Source of the DNA: an uncultured Gemmatimonadales bacterium
GTDB taxonomy: Bacteria > Gemmatimonadota > Gemmatimonadetes > Gemmatimonadales > GWC2-71-9
Assembly (NCBI GenBank): GCA_963695555.1
Contig: CAVOGR010000005.1
Span: forward strand, 288,001-352,000
DNA length: 64,000 bases
Reading direction: 5' to 3'
Notes under the pieces: generated by a model
Told to the model about the DNA's origin: nothing
What the model saw: only the letters and a program-made list of their open reading frames with translations
Databases searched by the model: none
Translations under genes and position numbers: made by a program
In this document: positions 34,906 through 44,571 of the stretch, one piece after another
Numbering within the stretch: position 1 is the stretch's first letter
Layout of the letters: each line of letters opens with the position of its first letter

Positions 34906-36542
34906 GACAAGGCCTTTCACAGCAGACGTCCCTCCGGCAGGAGCTGAGGGTCAATCCACGCCTCTATCAGGCGATGGACATGCTGTACATGCCGATGATG
35001 GAGCTGCAGCAGCATCTCAAACAGGAACTCCTGATCAATCCGTTCCTGGAGCTGCTTGACCCGGAAGAGGAAACGCCGACCGAGACCAACAGCGAGCAGG
35101 AGAAGGAGAAGTCCCAGAAGCAGGACGAGATGGACTGGGAAGAGATTCTGCTCAACGGTTTCGATGCCGGCGGCACCCGTGCCCAGTACGAGGCCATCGA
35201 GTACACCGAGCCGGTCACGGTGGCCCAGCGGGACTTGATCGACCACCTCCGGGACCAGCTCAACCTGCTGGATCTCACCCCCCGTCAGAAGCTCCTCAGT
35301 GAAGAATTCCTGGGCAACATCCAGGACGACGGGCGGCTTGCCGGCTCGCTCGAGGAAATCGTCGAGTCGTTGAACCGGCTACTCCAGGTGCATGCGAACA
35401 ATCAACACCCGGATACCGGCGATGAGGACGAGGCGGAAGACGAGGAACAGATCGCGACGCAGCCGGAGACGCAGGTCGAGTGGATCGGAGCCGGAAAGAC
35501 GGCCACGGTCGTTGTGGGACAGCCGGAGCCGGAGCCGGAGTCGGTATCGATGGTCGAGACGGCACTCGAGCCGGAACCGATCCCGGAACCGGAGGGTGAG
35601 GTGACGCCCGGCGTCGGACGCTACACCGTCGCCGAGGCGGAGGAGATGCTCGCCATCATCCAGCGGCTCGATCCGCCTGGCATTGCGGCCCGCGACATTC
35701 GGGAGTGCTTGCTGCTCCAGCTCCACGATCAGGGCGAAATCGACTCGTTGGCGTATCGGTTGGTTGCGGAAGCCTTTGAGGACCTGAAGGCCCATCGTTG
35801 GAACGATCTGGCCAAGCGGTTCGGGGTGGAGCCAGTGGACGTCCAAACTGCGGCTGACTCGCTGAAAGGGCTCGATCCGAAGCCGGGCCTCAAATTCTCG
35901 GCGGGCAACGACGGGTATGTGACGCCGGACCTGGTGGTGGACAAGATCGACGATCGCTATCACGTCTTCCTGAACGACACCGGCATGCCGCGGCTCCGGC
36001 TGAGCCGGTCGTACCAGGAAATCGCCCGCGACCGGAAGAAGTTGACCCAGGAAAACCGTGAGTTCATCGCCAGCAAGATGAACAGCGCTTCCTGGATGAT
36101 CCAGGCCATCGAACAGCGCCGCCAGACGATGCTCAAGGTGATGAACTTCATCGTGGACCGGCAGCGGGAGTTCTTCGAGAAGGGGATCGAATTCTTGAAG
36201 CCGTTGACGCTGCGCGAAGTCGCCGACGTCATCAACATGCACGAATCGACTGTCAGCCGCGTTACCAACGAGAAGTACGTGCAAACCCCGCGCGGCGTCT
36301 TGCCGCTCAAGTTCTTCTTCTCGAGCGCGCTGTCCACTTCGTCCGGTGAGGACGCGAGCGCCCGCTCAATCCGGGCCAAGCTCGAGAAGATGATCGCCGA
36401 GGAGAACAGCGCCAAGCCGCTCACCGACCAGCAGATCGTGCACCTGTTCCAGGAACAAGGGATCAAGATCGCCCGCCGCACCGTCGCCAAGTACCGCGAT
36501 CAATTGGGCATTCTACCGGCCCGGATGCGCAAGCGCGTATGA
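34902..36542 (+). CDS. rpoN: RNA polymerase sigma-54 factor
   Basis: NPFLE, DPPGIAAR..ECL, HESTVSR, RpoN box ARRTVAKYR. Confidence 0.96.
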   Translation: MRQGLSQQTSLRQELRVNPRLYQAMDMLYMPMMELQQHLKQELLINPFLELLDPEEETPTETNSEQEKEKSQKQDEMDWEEILLNGFDAGGTRAQYEAIEYTEPVTVAQRDLIDHLRDQLNLLDLTPRQKLLSEEFLGNIQDDGRLAGSLEEIVESLNRLLQVHANNQHPDTGDEDEAEDEEQIATQPETQVEWIGAGKTATVVVGQPEPEPESVSMVETALEPEPIPEPEGEVTPGVGRYTVAEAEEMLAIIQRLDPPGIAARDIRECLLLQLHDQGEIDSLAYRLVAEAFEDLKAHRWNDLAKRFGVEPVDVQTAADSLKGLDPKPGLKFSAGNDGYVTPDLVVDKIDDRYHVFLNDTGMPRLRLSRSYQEIARDRKKLTQENREFIASKMNSASWMIQAIEQRRQTMLKVMNFIVDRQREFFEKGIEFLKPLTLREVADVINMHESTVSRVTNEKYVQTPRGVLPLKFFFSSALSTSSGEDASARSIRAKLEKMIAEENSAKPLTDQQIVHLFQEQGIKIARRTVAKYRDQLGILPARMRKRV

Positions 36543-37507
36543 GCGTGCCCGCGGTCGCGGAGCAGGTCGATGTCAGTATCCTGGTCCCGGCCAAGGACGA
36601 AGCCCCGAATCTCCCGAAGTTTCTCGAATTGTGCCGCGAAGCGCTCACTCCCCAATCGTGGCGATTCGAAGTGGTCGTGGTCGACGACGGTTCGCGCGAC
36701 GATACCGCCGAGGTGCTCACCCAGCTCCGCCGCGACTACCCGTTCCTGCGGGTGGTGACCCATCGCCGCCAGCGTGGTATTGCCGATGCCCTGCGCTCCG
36801 CGAGCGACGCGGCCCGCGGCGACATCTTCGTGTTCTATCCCGCCGATCTCCAGTACCTGCCGGAAGACATTCCCCGCCTGGTCGAGCCGATCCTGTCGGG
36901 CGACGCCGACATGGTGACCGGCAGCAAGCAGGGGAAATACGAGAAGGCGTTCGTGTCGAACCTGTACAACCGGCTCTGCCGAGCGCTGTTCGGCGTGCCG
37001 GTCACCGACCTGAACTCGGTCAAAGCATATCGCCGCGAGGTGATGCACGGCGTGCCCCTCCGCCCGGACTGGCACCGCTTCATGGTGGTGATCGCCGCCG
37101 CGGACGGGTTCCGGCTGACCTCACGAGCCGTGCCGCTCTACCCACGCCAGGCCGGTGTGTCCAAGTTCAATTGGAAGCGGATTCCCGTGGGTGTGCTCGA
37201 TCTCGCGTCGGTGTGGTTCCAATTGCGATTCGGACGCAAACCGCTAATGTTTTTCGGGGTCGCGGGCGCGATCTTGTTCTTTGTCGGGTTTCTGGGCGGT
37301 GTTGCCGCTTTCATCATCCGTTTCGGCTTCGGCGTCGGGTTCCGCCCGCTCATCAATCTGATCGAGACGATGGTCATCAGCGGCATCGCGCTCTTCGGCT
37401 TCGGTTTCGTCGGCGAGATGATCGCCGGCCTGCGGGAAGATCTCCAGGGCATGCGGCAGGAACTGGCGCGGCTCTCGACCCAATCACAGGACTCCGAGGC
37501 GGACTGA
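36539..37507 (+). CDS. Glycosyltransferase family 2 (ArnC/GtrB-like, two C-terminal TMs)
   Basis: VPAKDEA, VVVDDGSRD, PADLQY, C-terminal TM helices. Confidence 0.85.
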   Translation: MSVPAVAEQVDVSILVPAKDEAPNLPKFLELCREALTPQSWRFEVVVVDDGSRDDTAEVLTQLRRDYPFLRVVTHRRQRGIADALRSASDAARGDIFVFYPADLQYLPEDIPRLVEPILSGDADMVTGSKQGKYEKAFVSNLYNRLCRALFGVPVTDLNSVKAYRREVMHGVPLRPDWHRFMVVIAAADGFRLTSRAVPLYPRQAGVSKFNWKRIPVGVLDLASVWFQLRFGRKPLMFFGVAGAILFFVGFLGGVAAFIIRFGFGVGFRPLINLIETMVISGIALFGFGFVGEMIAGLREDLQGMRQELARLSTQSQDSEAD

Positions 37508-37532
37508 CCCGGATCGGCACCGGGCCCTACGG

Positions 37533-38729
37533 ATGCGGATCCTGCTCATAGCCCACGGGTTTCCACGCTCGCCGGACGACATGGCGGGCTCGTTTCTCCT
37601 CACCTTGGCCCAGGGGCAACAGGCACTCGGTCACGAAGTCGCCGCCGTTGCTCCCCATGCGGCAGGCCTAGCAACCGACGAGACGATCCGCGGGGTGCGG
37701 GTTTTTCGCTATCGCTACGGCACGGACCAGGACGAGACCCTGGCCTACGCCGGAACCATGCACGAGCAAGCCCTTGGCTCCTGGACGGCGCGGTGGCGGC
37801 TCCTTCGCTTGGTCCAAGCATCGCGACGGGAGGTCGGGCGTGTCGTCCAGGCGTGGCGGCCCGATGTGCTGCACGTCCACTGGTGGGTACCGGGTGGCTT
37901 CGCGGTCTGGCCGCCGCCCGCCGACCAGGCGCCCGTGGTGCTCACCTCGCATGGCACGGACCTGTTCCTGCTCGACCGCTTTCCGGCGGCGAGGGTCATC
38001 GCGGCGCCCATCTTCCGCATGGCTCACCAGGTCACGGTGATCTCCTCGCCGCTGGTCGAGCGGGTCGAATCGCTCGGCATCCCGCGCGAACGAATCAGCG
38101 TCATCCCGATGCCGGTGGCCGCCCGGTTCCATGAGCGACCCCCAGGTGCCGAGGCCGGCAGCCGGCTGCTATTCATCGGTCGGCTGGTGGAGCGAAAAGG
38201 CGCCCGCGTTGCGGTCGAGGCGCTCGATATTCTGAAACGAATGGGGAGGGAAGCCCATCTGACCATCGTAGGCGACGGCCCGGAACGCGGGTCGCTGGAG
38301 AGCCTGGTGGCTGACAAAGGTTTGAGCCACGCAGTCGAGTTCAAAGGCCAGCTGCCCACCGAGCGTGTCGCGGGCGAGCTGGCCGCCGGCGACCTGTTCG
38401 TCATGCCGGCCGTGACCGATTGGAAAGGCGAGCAGGAAGGGTTCGGGTTGGTGTTGGTGGAGGCGATGATGAGCGGCGTTCCCATCGTGGCCTCCCGGAG
38501 CGGTGGCATTCCCGATGTGCTGACGGATGGGGAAACCGGCCTGCTCGTTCCCGAGCGCGATCCGGTGGCGCTGGCCGATGCGATTGCTCGCCTTCTCTCG
38601 GACCAAGATCTGAGCCAACGCCTCGCGCGGGCCGCCGCCCGAGACGCCGAGCGTCGCTTTGCCCCGCCGGCAATTGCCCGGAGGTTCGAAACGGTCTATC
38701 GCCGCGCCTTGGGAGTGGCGGACTCGTGA
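37533..38729 (+). CDS. Glycosyltransferase family 4
   Basis: FIGRLVERKG, VGDGP, EGFGLVLVEA (EX7E), SGGIPD. Confidence 0.88.
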   Translation: MRILLIAHGFPRSPDDMAGSFLLTLAQGQQALGHEVAAVAPHAAGLATDETIRGVRVFRYRYGTDQDETLAYAGTMHEQALGSWTARWRLLRLVQASRREVGRVVQAWRPDVLHVHWWVPGGFAVWPPPADQAPVVLTSHGTDLFLLDRFPAARVIAAPIFRMAHQVTVISSPLVERVESLGIPRERISVIPMPVAARFHERPPGAEAGSRLLFIGRLVERKGARVAVEALDILKRMGREAHLTIVGDGPERGSLESLVADKGLSHAVEFKGQLPTERVAGELAAGDLFVMPAVTDWKGEQEGFGLVLVEAMMSGVPIVASRSGGIPDVLTDGETGLLVPERDPVALADAIARLLSDQDLSQRLARAAARDAERRFAPPAIARRFETVYRRALGVADS

Positions 38730-39688
38730 GCCTGGGCCGGCTAATCGGTCGCGTCCTCCAGATCGTCGGGCTTGGCGCGGCGCTCTGGTACCTGGTGGAT
38801 ACGGCGCTCGCGCACTGGGATGGCCTGACCCGGATCGCCATCCAGCTCAGGGTGGTGCCACTGGTGGTGGCGTCGGTGCTGACGGTACTGACCTATGGCT
38901 TCCTCGTCTGGGTCTGGGCCAGGAGCCTGGGGTGGTGGGGCCAGCGGCTCAGCTACGGCACCGCCCTGCGGATGTGGTTCGTCACCAACCTGGCTCGATT
39001 CATCCCGGGCACCGTGTGGCAGTTTGCGAGCTTGACGACCGAGGCCTTGGCTCACTCCGTGTCGGCGGTGGCGGCCACCGCCGCCATGCTGTTCCAACAG
39101 CTGGTGCTGCTCGGCACCGGCATCGCGCTCACGCTCGCGTTGGCACCCGGGCTCCTTGGTGCTCAGGCACTCCCATGGCCGGCGGGAATTATGTTGATGG
39201 CAGTCTCGCTCGCCGTCGCCGGTGTGATTATTCTCCTACCCGTCGTCACCCCGGCCCTGGAGCGCTGGACCAGCCGAGTGCTGCGACGCGATGTTTCGTG
39301 GCCCGCCCCGGGGCGTGCGGAAATGGCGCTCTATGTCGCCGGGCTCGTCGTGCCATGGCTGGTGTACGGCGTCGCCTTCTGGCTGTTCGGCATCGGCACG
39401 CTGGGGCAGGCGGCACCGCCGCTTGGGTTGGCGATTGCGGCCTTTACGGCGAGCTACGTGGCCGGCATCATCTTCATCGTTGCGCCGGGCGGCCTCGGGA
39501 TCCGGGAGGCGGCATTGGTCGCCGCACTGGCCCCGCATATCGGGAGCGCCGCCGGGCTCTTTCTCGCCATCGGCTCCAGGCTCTGGCTCACGGCCCTGGA
39601 GATCGTCACCGCGGTAGTCGTGTTAGCAGTGCATCAGCAACAGCGGCCCGCCAAACCCGAAACGCCGAATGATCCAACGCCTCACTAA
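38726..39688 (+). CDS. LPG-synthase-TM (flippase-like) membrane protein
   Basis: NLARFIPG and APGGLGIRE motifs, multiple TMs; GTG overlapping the GT4 stop. Confidence 0.72.
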   Translation: MSLGRLIGRVLQIVGLGAALWYLVDTALAHWDGLTRIAIQLRVVPLVVASVLTVLTYGFLVWVWARSLGWWGQRLSYGTALRMWFVTNLARFIPGTVWQFASLTTEALAHSVSAVAATAAMLFQQLVLLGTGIALTLALAPGLLGAQALPWPAGIMLMAVSLAVAGVIILLPVVTPALERWTSRVLRRDVSWPAPGRAEMALYVAGLVVPWLVYGVAFWLFGIGTLGQAAPPLGLAIAAFTASYVAGIIFIVAPGGLGIREAALVAALAPHIGSAAGLFLAIGSRLWLTALEIVTAVVVLAVHQQQRPAKPETPNDPTPH

Positions 39689-42005
39689 CCGGTTCCCAAT
39701 CCTCTCCGCGACGACGGTATACGTGCTCACCGTCGCCGCAGCGTTTCATCGATTCTTTGGCGGGAGTTTCCTGGTCAACGAGATGAGCGACGCCCGGACC
39801 GGCTATGGGCCTCGCCACTTTGCCGCGGAGTACTTCCGGGCCGCGGGCGATGTGCCGGGGTGGAGCCCGGGTCTCCTCGGCGGCATGCCGTTCCTGGCCA
39901 ACACCGCCCATGGCGACACCTTCTACCCGACCTTTCTCCTGCGCCTGATCTTCCCAGTCGATGTCGGCATCAGCCTCGGCTTCCTGATCCACATCGTGCT
40001 CGCCGGCACGTTCGCGTTCATGTTCCTTCGGGCACTCAAACTCGAGTGGGGTCCGGCCTTCATCGGCGGCGCCGCCTACATGTGGAGCGGCCAGATCGTA
40101 TCGCTGGTGAGTCCGGGGCATGATGGCAAGCTGTTTGTGAGTGCGCTCCTGCCACTCGCCTTGATGTTCCTCTATCAGGCGGTAACCCGGTCGTCGTGGC
40201 GGCGGTACCTGGCCTTTGGGGTGACCGTGGGGTTCTCCCTCCTCACGCCCCACTTCCAGATGACCTATTACCTGCTCATGGCGGCCGGGTTCTTCTGGCT
40301 CTATCTGGTCTTCCTGAGCGGCGAGCGTCCCGCGGGGTCCCCATGGTGGCAGGGGGCGCTCCTCTTCGTGCTGGCGCTGGGGGTCGGTTTCGCGGTGGCG
40401 GCGGTGCAGCTCGTGCCCTTTGCCGAGTACATCGCGTTCTCGCCCCGAGGCGCGGCGGAAGGGACGAGCCGTGGCTGGGCATATGCGACCGGCTGGTCCA
40501 TGCCGCCGGATGAGCTGATCAACGTGATATGGCCCGCGTTTTCCGGAATGCTCGAGAAGTACTGGGGACGAAACCCGTTCAAGCTCCACAGCGAGTATAT
40601 CGGCGTCATCCCTATCATGCTGGCGACCTTCGCATTCCAACTCAAAGCCCGGCGCCGCCTCAGTTGGTTCTTCGTGTTCCTCGCGGCGTACGGCGTTCTT
40701 TTTGCCTTCGGGGGCTACACCCCGTTCTACCGGCTGCCCTATCACCTCCTGCCCGGCATCAAGCTCACCCGGGCGATGTCGATGATCTTCTATCTGACGT
40801 CGTTCAGCGTGGCCGTGCTGGCGGCCTTCGGTGCGCAGGCGCTGGTCGGGGAAGGGGAGACCAAGAAGAAGACCACGCTCCTCGTGTGGCTCGGCGTGCT
40901 CGGTGCCGCGGCGCTCTTGGCCGTGGTCGGCGGCTGGCAGGGCATCATGGATGCGGTCGCCGCGCCCCAGCGCTTCGGCGGCGTCCTGGCCAACTACCCT
41001 GCATTCAAGCTCGACTCCTTGCGCGTCCTCTTGTTCGGCGTTGTCGGGGCGGGGCTCATCTGGAAGCGACTGCCACGCCCGGCCTGGGGGTTGGCGATCG
41101 GGCTCGTCATCGTGCTCGAGCTCTGGAGCGTCGAGCGGCATTACATCAAGTGGAGCCCGCCGGCGGACCAGCTCTTCGCGGCCGATGACGTGATCCGCGC
41201 GATCGAGCAGGGCCCGGCGCCCTCGCGAGTGCTGGCACTGCATGGGGCGTACGACCGGAAGAACTACCTCATGAACCACGCTGTGAGGGAGGTGCTGGGC
41301 TATAGCGGCCAGGAGCTTCACCGCTACGACGAGCTACTCGGCGGAAAGAACGTCTGGGAGCACCTCTTTTCCCTGAACGAGAACCTGTTCAAGGTCCTAG
41401 CCCTCGACTACGTGGTGGTGGACCAACCGATCGAGGATCCGAGGCTGGTCCCGGCCGCCGATTCCGCGCTCTACACCAGCCGCGGAGACCAGGCTTTCCT
41501 GTATCGCTATGCCAATCCGGCGCCGTTCGCCTACCTAGTGGCGAATGCGGTGAAGGTGCCAGACCAGCAGATCATCCCGACGCTCCTGGACCCGCGCTTC
41601 GACCCGACCCGGCTCTTGTTGGTGCCCGAGGACTCGCCGGCCGGTGCCAGCGGCATCGACAGCATTCCGCCCCGGATGCCCGGAACGGTTGCGATTGTCG
41701 AGCCGCATGCCGGAGCCTTCGAGTTCACCCTCGAGCCGGCGCCGGCAGAGCCGGCCTATCTCTACGTGGCCGAGAACTACTATCCCGACTGGCGGGCCAC
41801 GGTGGACGGCGCTCGCGTACCGGTGCTCCGTGCCCACTACAGCATGATGGCGGTGGCGGTACCGGCCGGCGCCCGGGCGGTCAGGCTCGAGTTCAAGTCC
41901 GGCGGCTACGCGAAAGGCAGAATCATGAGCCTGGGGGTCTTGATGGTGCTCTTGGTGATGTCGGTGGCGCAGGGCATCCTGTTGCGCAGGCGGGCCCATG
42001 GCTGA
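39669..42005 (+). CDS. YfhO-family (GT-C-like) membrane protein
   Basis: PGWSPGLLGGMPF, FYP, HFQMTYY, YIG, C-terminal ENYYPDWRATVDG..VPAG. Confidence 0.8.
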   Translation: MIQRLTNRFPILSATTVYVLTVAAAFHRFFGGSFLVNEMSDARTGYGPRHFAAEYFRAAGDVPGWSPGLLGGMPFLANTAHGDTFYPTFLLRLIFPVDVGISLGFLIHIVLAGTFAFMFLRALKLEWGPAFIGGAAYMWSGQIVSLVSPGHDGKLFVSALLPLALMFLYQAVTRSSWRRYLAFGVTVGFSLLTPHFQMTYYLLMAAGFFWLYLVFLSGERPAGSPWWQGALLFVLALGVGFAVAAVQLVPFAEYIAFSPRGAAEGTSRGWAYATGWSMPPDELINVIWPAFSGMLEKYWGRNPFKLHSEYIGVIPIMLATFAFQLKARRRLSWFFVFLAAYGVLFAFGGYTPFYRLPYHLLPGIKLTRAMSMIFYLTSFSVAVLAAFGAQALVGEGETKKKTTLLVWLGVLGAAALLAVVGGWQGIMDAVAAPQRFGGVLANYPAFKLDSLRVLLFGVVGAGLIWKRLPRPAWGLAIGLVIVLELWSVERHYIKWSPPADQLFAADDVIRAIEQGPAPSRVLALHGAYDRKNYLMNHAVREVLGYSGQELHRYDELLGGKNVWEHLFSLNENLFKVLALDYVVVDQPIEDPRLVPAADSALYTSRGDQAFLYRYANPAPFAYLVANAVKVPDQQIIPTLLDPRFDPTRLLLVPEDSPAGASGIDSIPPRMPGTVAIVEPHAGAFEFTLEPAPAEPAYLYVAENYYPDWRATVDGARVPVLRAHYSMMAVAVPAGARAVRLEFKSGGYAKGRIMSLGVLMVLLVMSVAQGILLRRRAHG

Positions 42006-42727
42006 ACGGGCCCTGGTGGCGATTCCCACCTACAATGAAGCCGAGAACATCGCACGCATCATCCCGCGGGTGCTCGAGCAGGACCCGCGGATCGAGGTCC
42101 TGGTGGTGGACGACAACTCGCCCGACGGGACCGGTCAGATCGCGGACGAGCATCGCGCGACGGGACCCGCGCGTCCATGTGCTCCACCGGGGCGCAAAGC
42201 AAGGCCTCGGCACGGCTTACCTGGCCGGCGTTCCGGTGGGCGCTCGAGCGGGACTACGACTACGTCTTCGAGATGGACTCGGATTTCTCGCACGACCCGA
42301 AGTACTTGCCCGAGTTTCTTCGGATGCCATCGAGGATGCCGACCTGGTGATCGGGTCGCGCTACAAGACGCGGGGTCAACGTCATCAACTGGCCCATGTC
42401 GCCGGCTGCTGCTCTCCTACGGCGCGAACATGTACGCCCGATGGATCACGGGCCTGCCGCTCGTGACGCGACCGGTGGGTTCAAGTGCTTCCGGCGGGCG
42501 GTGCTCGAGGGCATCCCGACTCGACGCGGTGCAGTCGAACGGGTACGCCTTCCAGATCGAGATGAGCTTCCGGGCTTGGAAGAAGGGGTTCCGGCTCAAG
42601 GAGATCCCGATCGTCGTTCGTCGACCGGGTCGGAAGGGCAGCAGCAAGATGAGCAGGCAAGATCATCCGGGAGGCCATCTGGATGGTGTGGTGGCTCCGC
42701 CTGAAGGCAATCTTCCGGAGGCTCTGA
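41998..42727 (+). pseudogene. Polyprenol monophosphomannose synthase (Dpm1-like GT2) with many frameshifts
   Basis: IPTYNEAEN, VVDDNSPDGT, GLGTAY, EMDSDFSHDP, IGSRY, TGGFKCFRR, GYAFQIE, SKMS motifs spread over all three frames; TGA at 42725-27. Confidence 0.8.
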
Positions 42728-43572
42728 CGCCTTCACCGCTCCGTTTCCACAAGATGACCGGCTCGGGGAACGACTTCGTCTTCCTCGACGGGCGGACCAC
42801 CTCGACCAGCAACTGGCCGGTCGAGCGGATCGTCCGGGTGTGCGCGCGCCGGTCCGGGGTAGGGGCCGATGGGCTGGTCATCCTGAGCCCCGCGGGCCCC
42901 GGTCGAGTCTCGATGGCCTTCTTCAATGCCGACGGCTCGCGGGGGGCGATGTGCGGCAACGCGGCGCTCTGCGCCACGCGTCTCGCCGCCCGCCTTGGCC
43001 TCGTGTCGGGCGATGAAATGGTGCTCGAGAGCGATGCGGGAGCCTTTGCCACGCGGTGCGAGGGGGAGGGTCACCGTGCCCGGCTCAATCTACCCGGTTT
43101 CGCGGCGCCCGTTCTCGTGCCCGGGATCGCGCTTGGCCCGGGGGAGCGTGGGGCCTGGTTTGCCACGGTCGGGGTGCCGCATTTGGTGCTCCCGGTGGAC
43201 GATGTGCGGGCGGTGGACCTCGGGCGCCGGGGCGCCGAGCTTCGGTCTCACCCGGACGTCGGGCCGGACGGAGCCAACGCCAACTTCGTGAGCCGACCTG
43301 GTGGACCATCCGGCGAGGAGGGCTCCCGGTGGGCGGTGCGGACCTTCGAGCGGGGGGTCGAGGGCGAAACCCTGGCGTGCGGTACGGGGGCGGTGGCGGT
43401 GGCCTCGACGCTCGCAGTCCTCGGGCAGGCGGACCCACCGGTCGAGATCCGGACCCGAAGCGGACTCCTACTCACCGTCGACTTGAGAATCCACTTGAAC
43501 CAGGTGACCGACGTGTGGCTCGGCGGCGAGGGACGGTTGGTCTACGAGGGGCAGCTGGGGAGTGAGGAGTGA
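42724..43572 (+). CDS. dapF: Diaminopimelate epimerase
   Basis: FHKMTGSGNDF, GADG, NADGS..MCGNA, RTFERGVEGETLACGTGA; start uncertain (CTG 42724 or ATG 42754). Confidence 0.92.
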   Translation: MTPSPLRFHKMTGSGNDFVFLDGRTTSTSNWPVERIVRVCARRSGVGADGLVILSPAGPGRVSMAFFNADGSRGAMCGNAALCATRLAARLGLVSGDEMVLESDAGAFATRCEGEGHRARLNLPGFAAPVLVPGIALGPGERGAWFATVGVPHLVLPVDDVRAVDLGRRGAELRSHPDVGPDGANANFVSRPGGPSGEEGSRWAVRTFERGVEGETLACGTGAVAVASTLAVLGQADPPVEIRTRSGLLLTVDLRIHLNQVTDVWLGGEGRLVYEGQLGSEE

Positions 43573-43657
43573 GGAGACGGCGGCTTGGCGGTTGGGCGGT
43601 TCGACGGAGCCGGTCCATTCCCTCGATTATTCTTGGGCCGATAGCTGGTGCGGACGG

Positions 43658-43727
43658 AGTGGAAAAGCGTGTGGGAGCTAGTTGGCAGGGGTGTGGAGCG
43701 GCGTCGAGTTTCCCACAGTTATCTACA
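43658..43727. promoter_or_regulatory. Cluster of DnaA-box-like 9-mers
   Basis: AGTGGAAAA 43658, TGTGGGAGC 43670, TGTGGAGCG 43692, TTTCCCACA 43709, TTATCTACA 43719; three differ by one base from TTWTNCACA. Confidence 0.45.
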
Positions 43728-43732
43728 CACTA

Positions 43733-43760
43733 ACTTAACATAACATATCTTATACGACAT
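43733..43760 (-). other. dif site (XerC/XerD recombination site)
   Basis: Minus strand reads ATGTCGTATAA-GATATG-TTATGTTAAGT; E. coli dif is GGTGCGCATAA-TGTATA-TTATGTTAAAT; XerD arm 10/11; intergenic between convergent genes. Confidence 0.85.
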
Positions 43761-43851
43761 ATGTCCCAACGACAAAAACAGCAAATACTTGGCCCCTCTC
43801 TAGGGGCTTTCTACGCCAGCTGCCCGGCTGGTTCGGTCGTGACCCAAGCGG

Positions 43852-44571
43852 TCATTGGCCGCCACGGATGCGTTCCGGCGCCTGCGATAGGTCGCCCTTC
43901 AGCACTTCCCCGAGTCGTACCTGGGCCTCGGTATAGCTCGGCGTGTCGTTGAAGTCGGTCACGATTTTCTCATAAGCCTCCTTGGCTCGCTCCGTCCGTC
44001 CGGCCGCCACGTAGGCTCTCCCGGCCTCGATCAGGTACTCCGCCTTCAGATAGTCGACATCCGCCATGCGCGAGGCCGCGGCGTAGGCCTCCGCCGCCTC
44101 CTCGGGCCGCTTGACGTTCTCCAATGCTGCCCCCAACAGGCCCTCCGACGGGACGGCGAACTGGGGTTCGGGGTTCTGGGCCAGCAACTCCCGGAGCGAC
44201 ACGATGGCCAGCTCGTTCTGGCCGTTGATCATCCGGACCTGGTTGAGCGCGATCATGGCCTCGGTCGCCGCCCGGGTGCCGGAGTAGGTCTGGGCCACCC
44301 GCTGGAATTCGCTTGCCGCGGCAGGCAGGTTCTGCGAGTCGAAGGCATTGCGGGCCTGCTCCAGTGCCACCTGGGCCGCCGCCTCCTTCCGCTGGGCGGT
44401 GCTGATGGTGAGCCACACGCCGCTCGCAATCACCGCCAGCACCACCGCCCCTACCGTGAGGAGCCGCTGGTGGGCCTTGAACCAGGCAAGCGGATCCTGC
44501 TCGGGTTCGATCGCCCCGGGAGGCGGCGCCGGTTTCGTTGTCTTGGCCTTGGGATCAGTCTTGGGTGCCAT
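43852..44571 (-). CDS. Membrane-anchored TPR protein (YfgM-like)
   Basis: N-terminal TM followed by TPR-like helices (FQRVAQTYSGT, YEKIVTDF). Confidence 0.75.
   Translation of the reverse strand: MAPKTDPKAKTTKPAPPPGAIEPEQDPLAWFKAHQRLLTVGAVVLAVIASGVWLTISTAQRKEAAAQVALEQARNAFDSQNLPAAASEFQRVAQTYSGTRAATEAMIALNQVRMINGQNELAIVSLRELLAQNPEPQFAVPSEGLLGAALENVKRPEEAAEAYAAASRMADVDYLKAEYLIEAGRAYVAAGRTERAKEAYEKIVTDFNDTPSYTEAQVRLGEVLKGDLSQAPERIRGGQ

Noticed and set aside
41998..43572. 524-aa glycosyltransferase-DapF fusion ORF
   Set aside because: GT motifs are scattered across frames and the GT has its own stop at 42727; the fusion arises from indels
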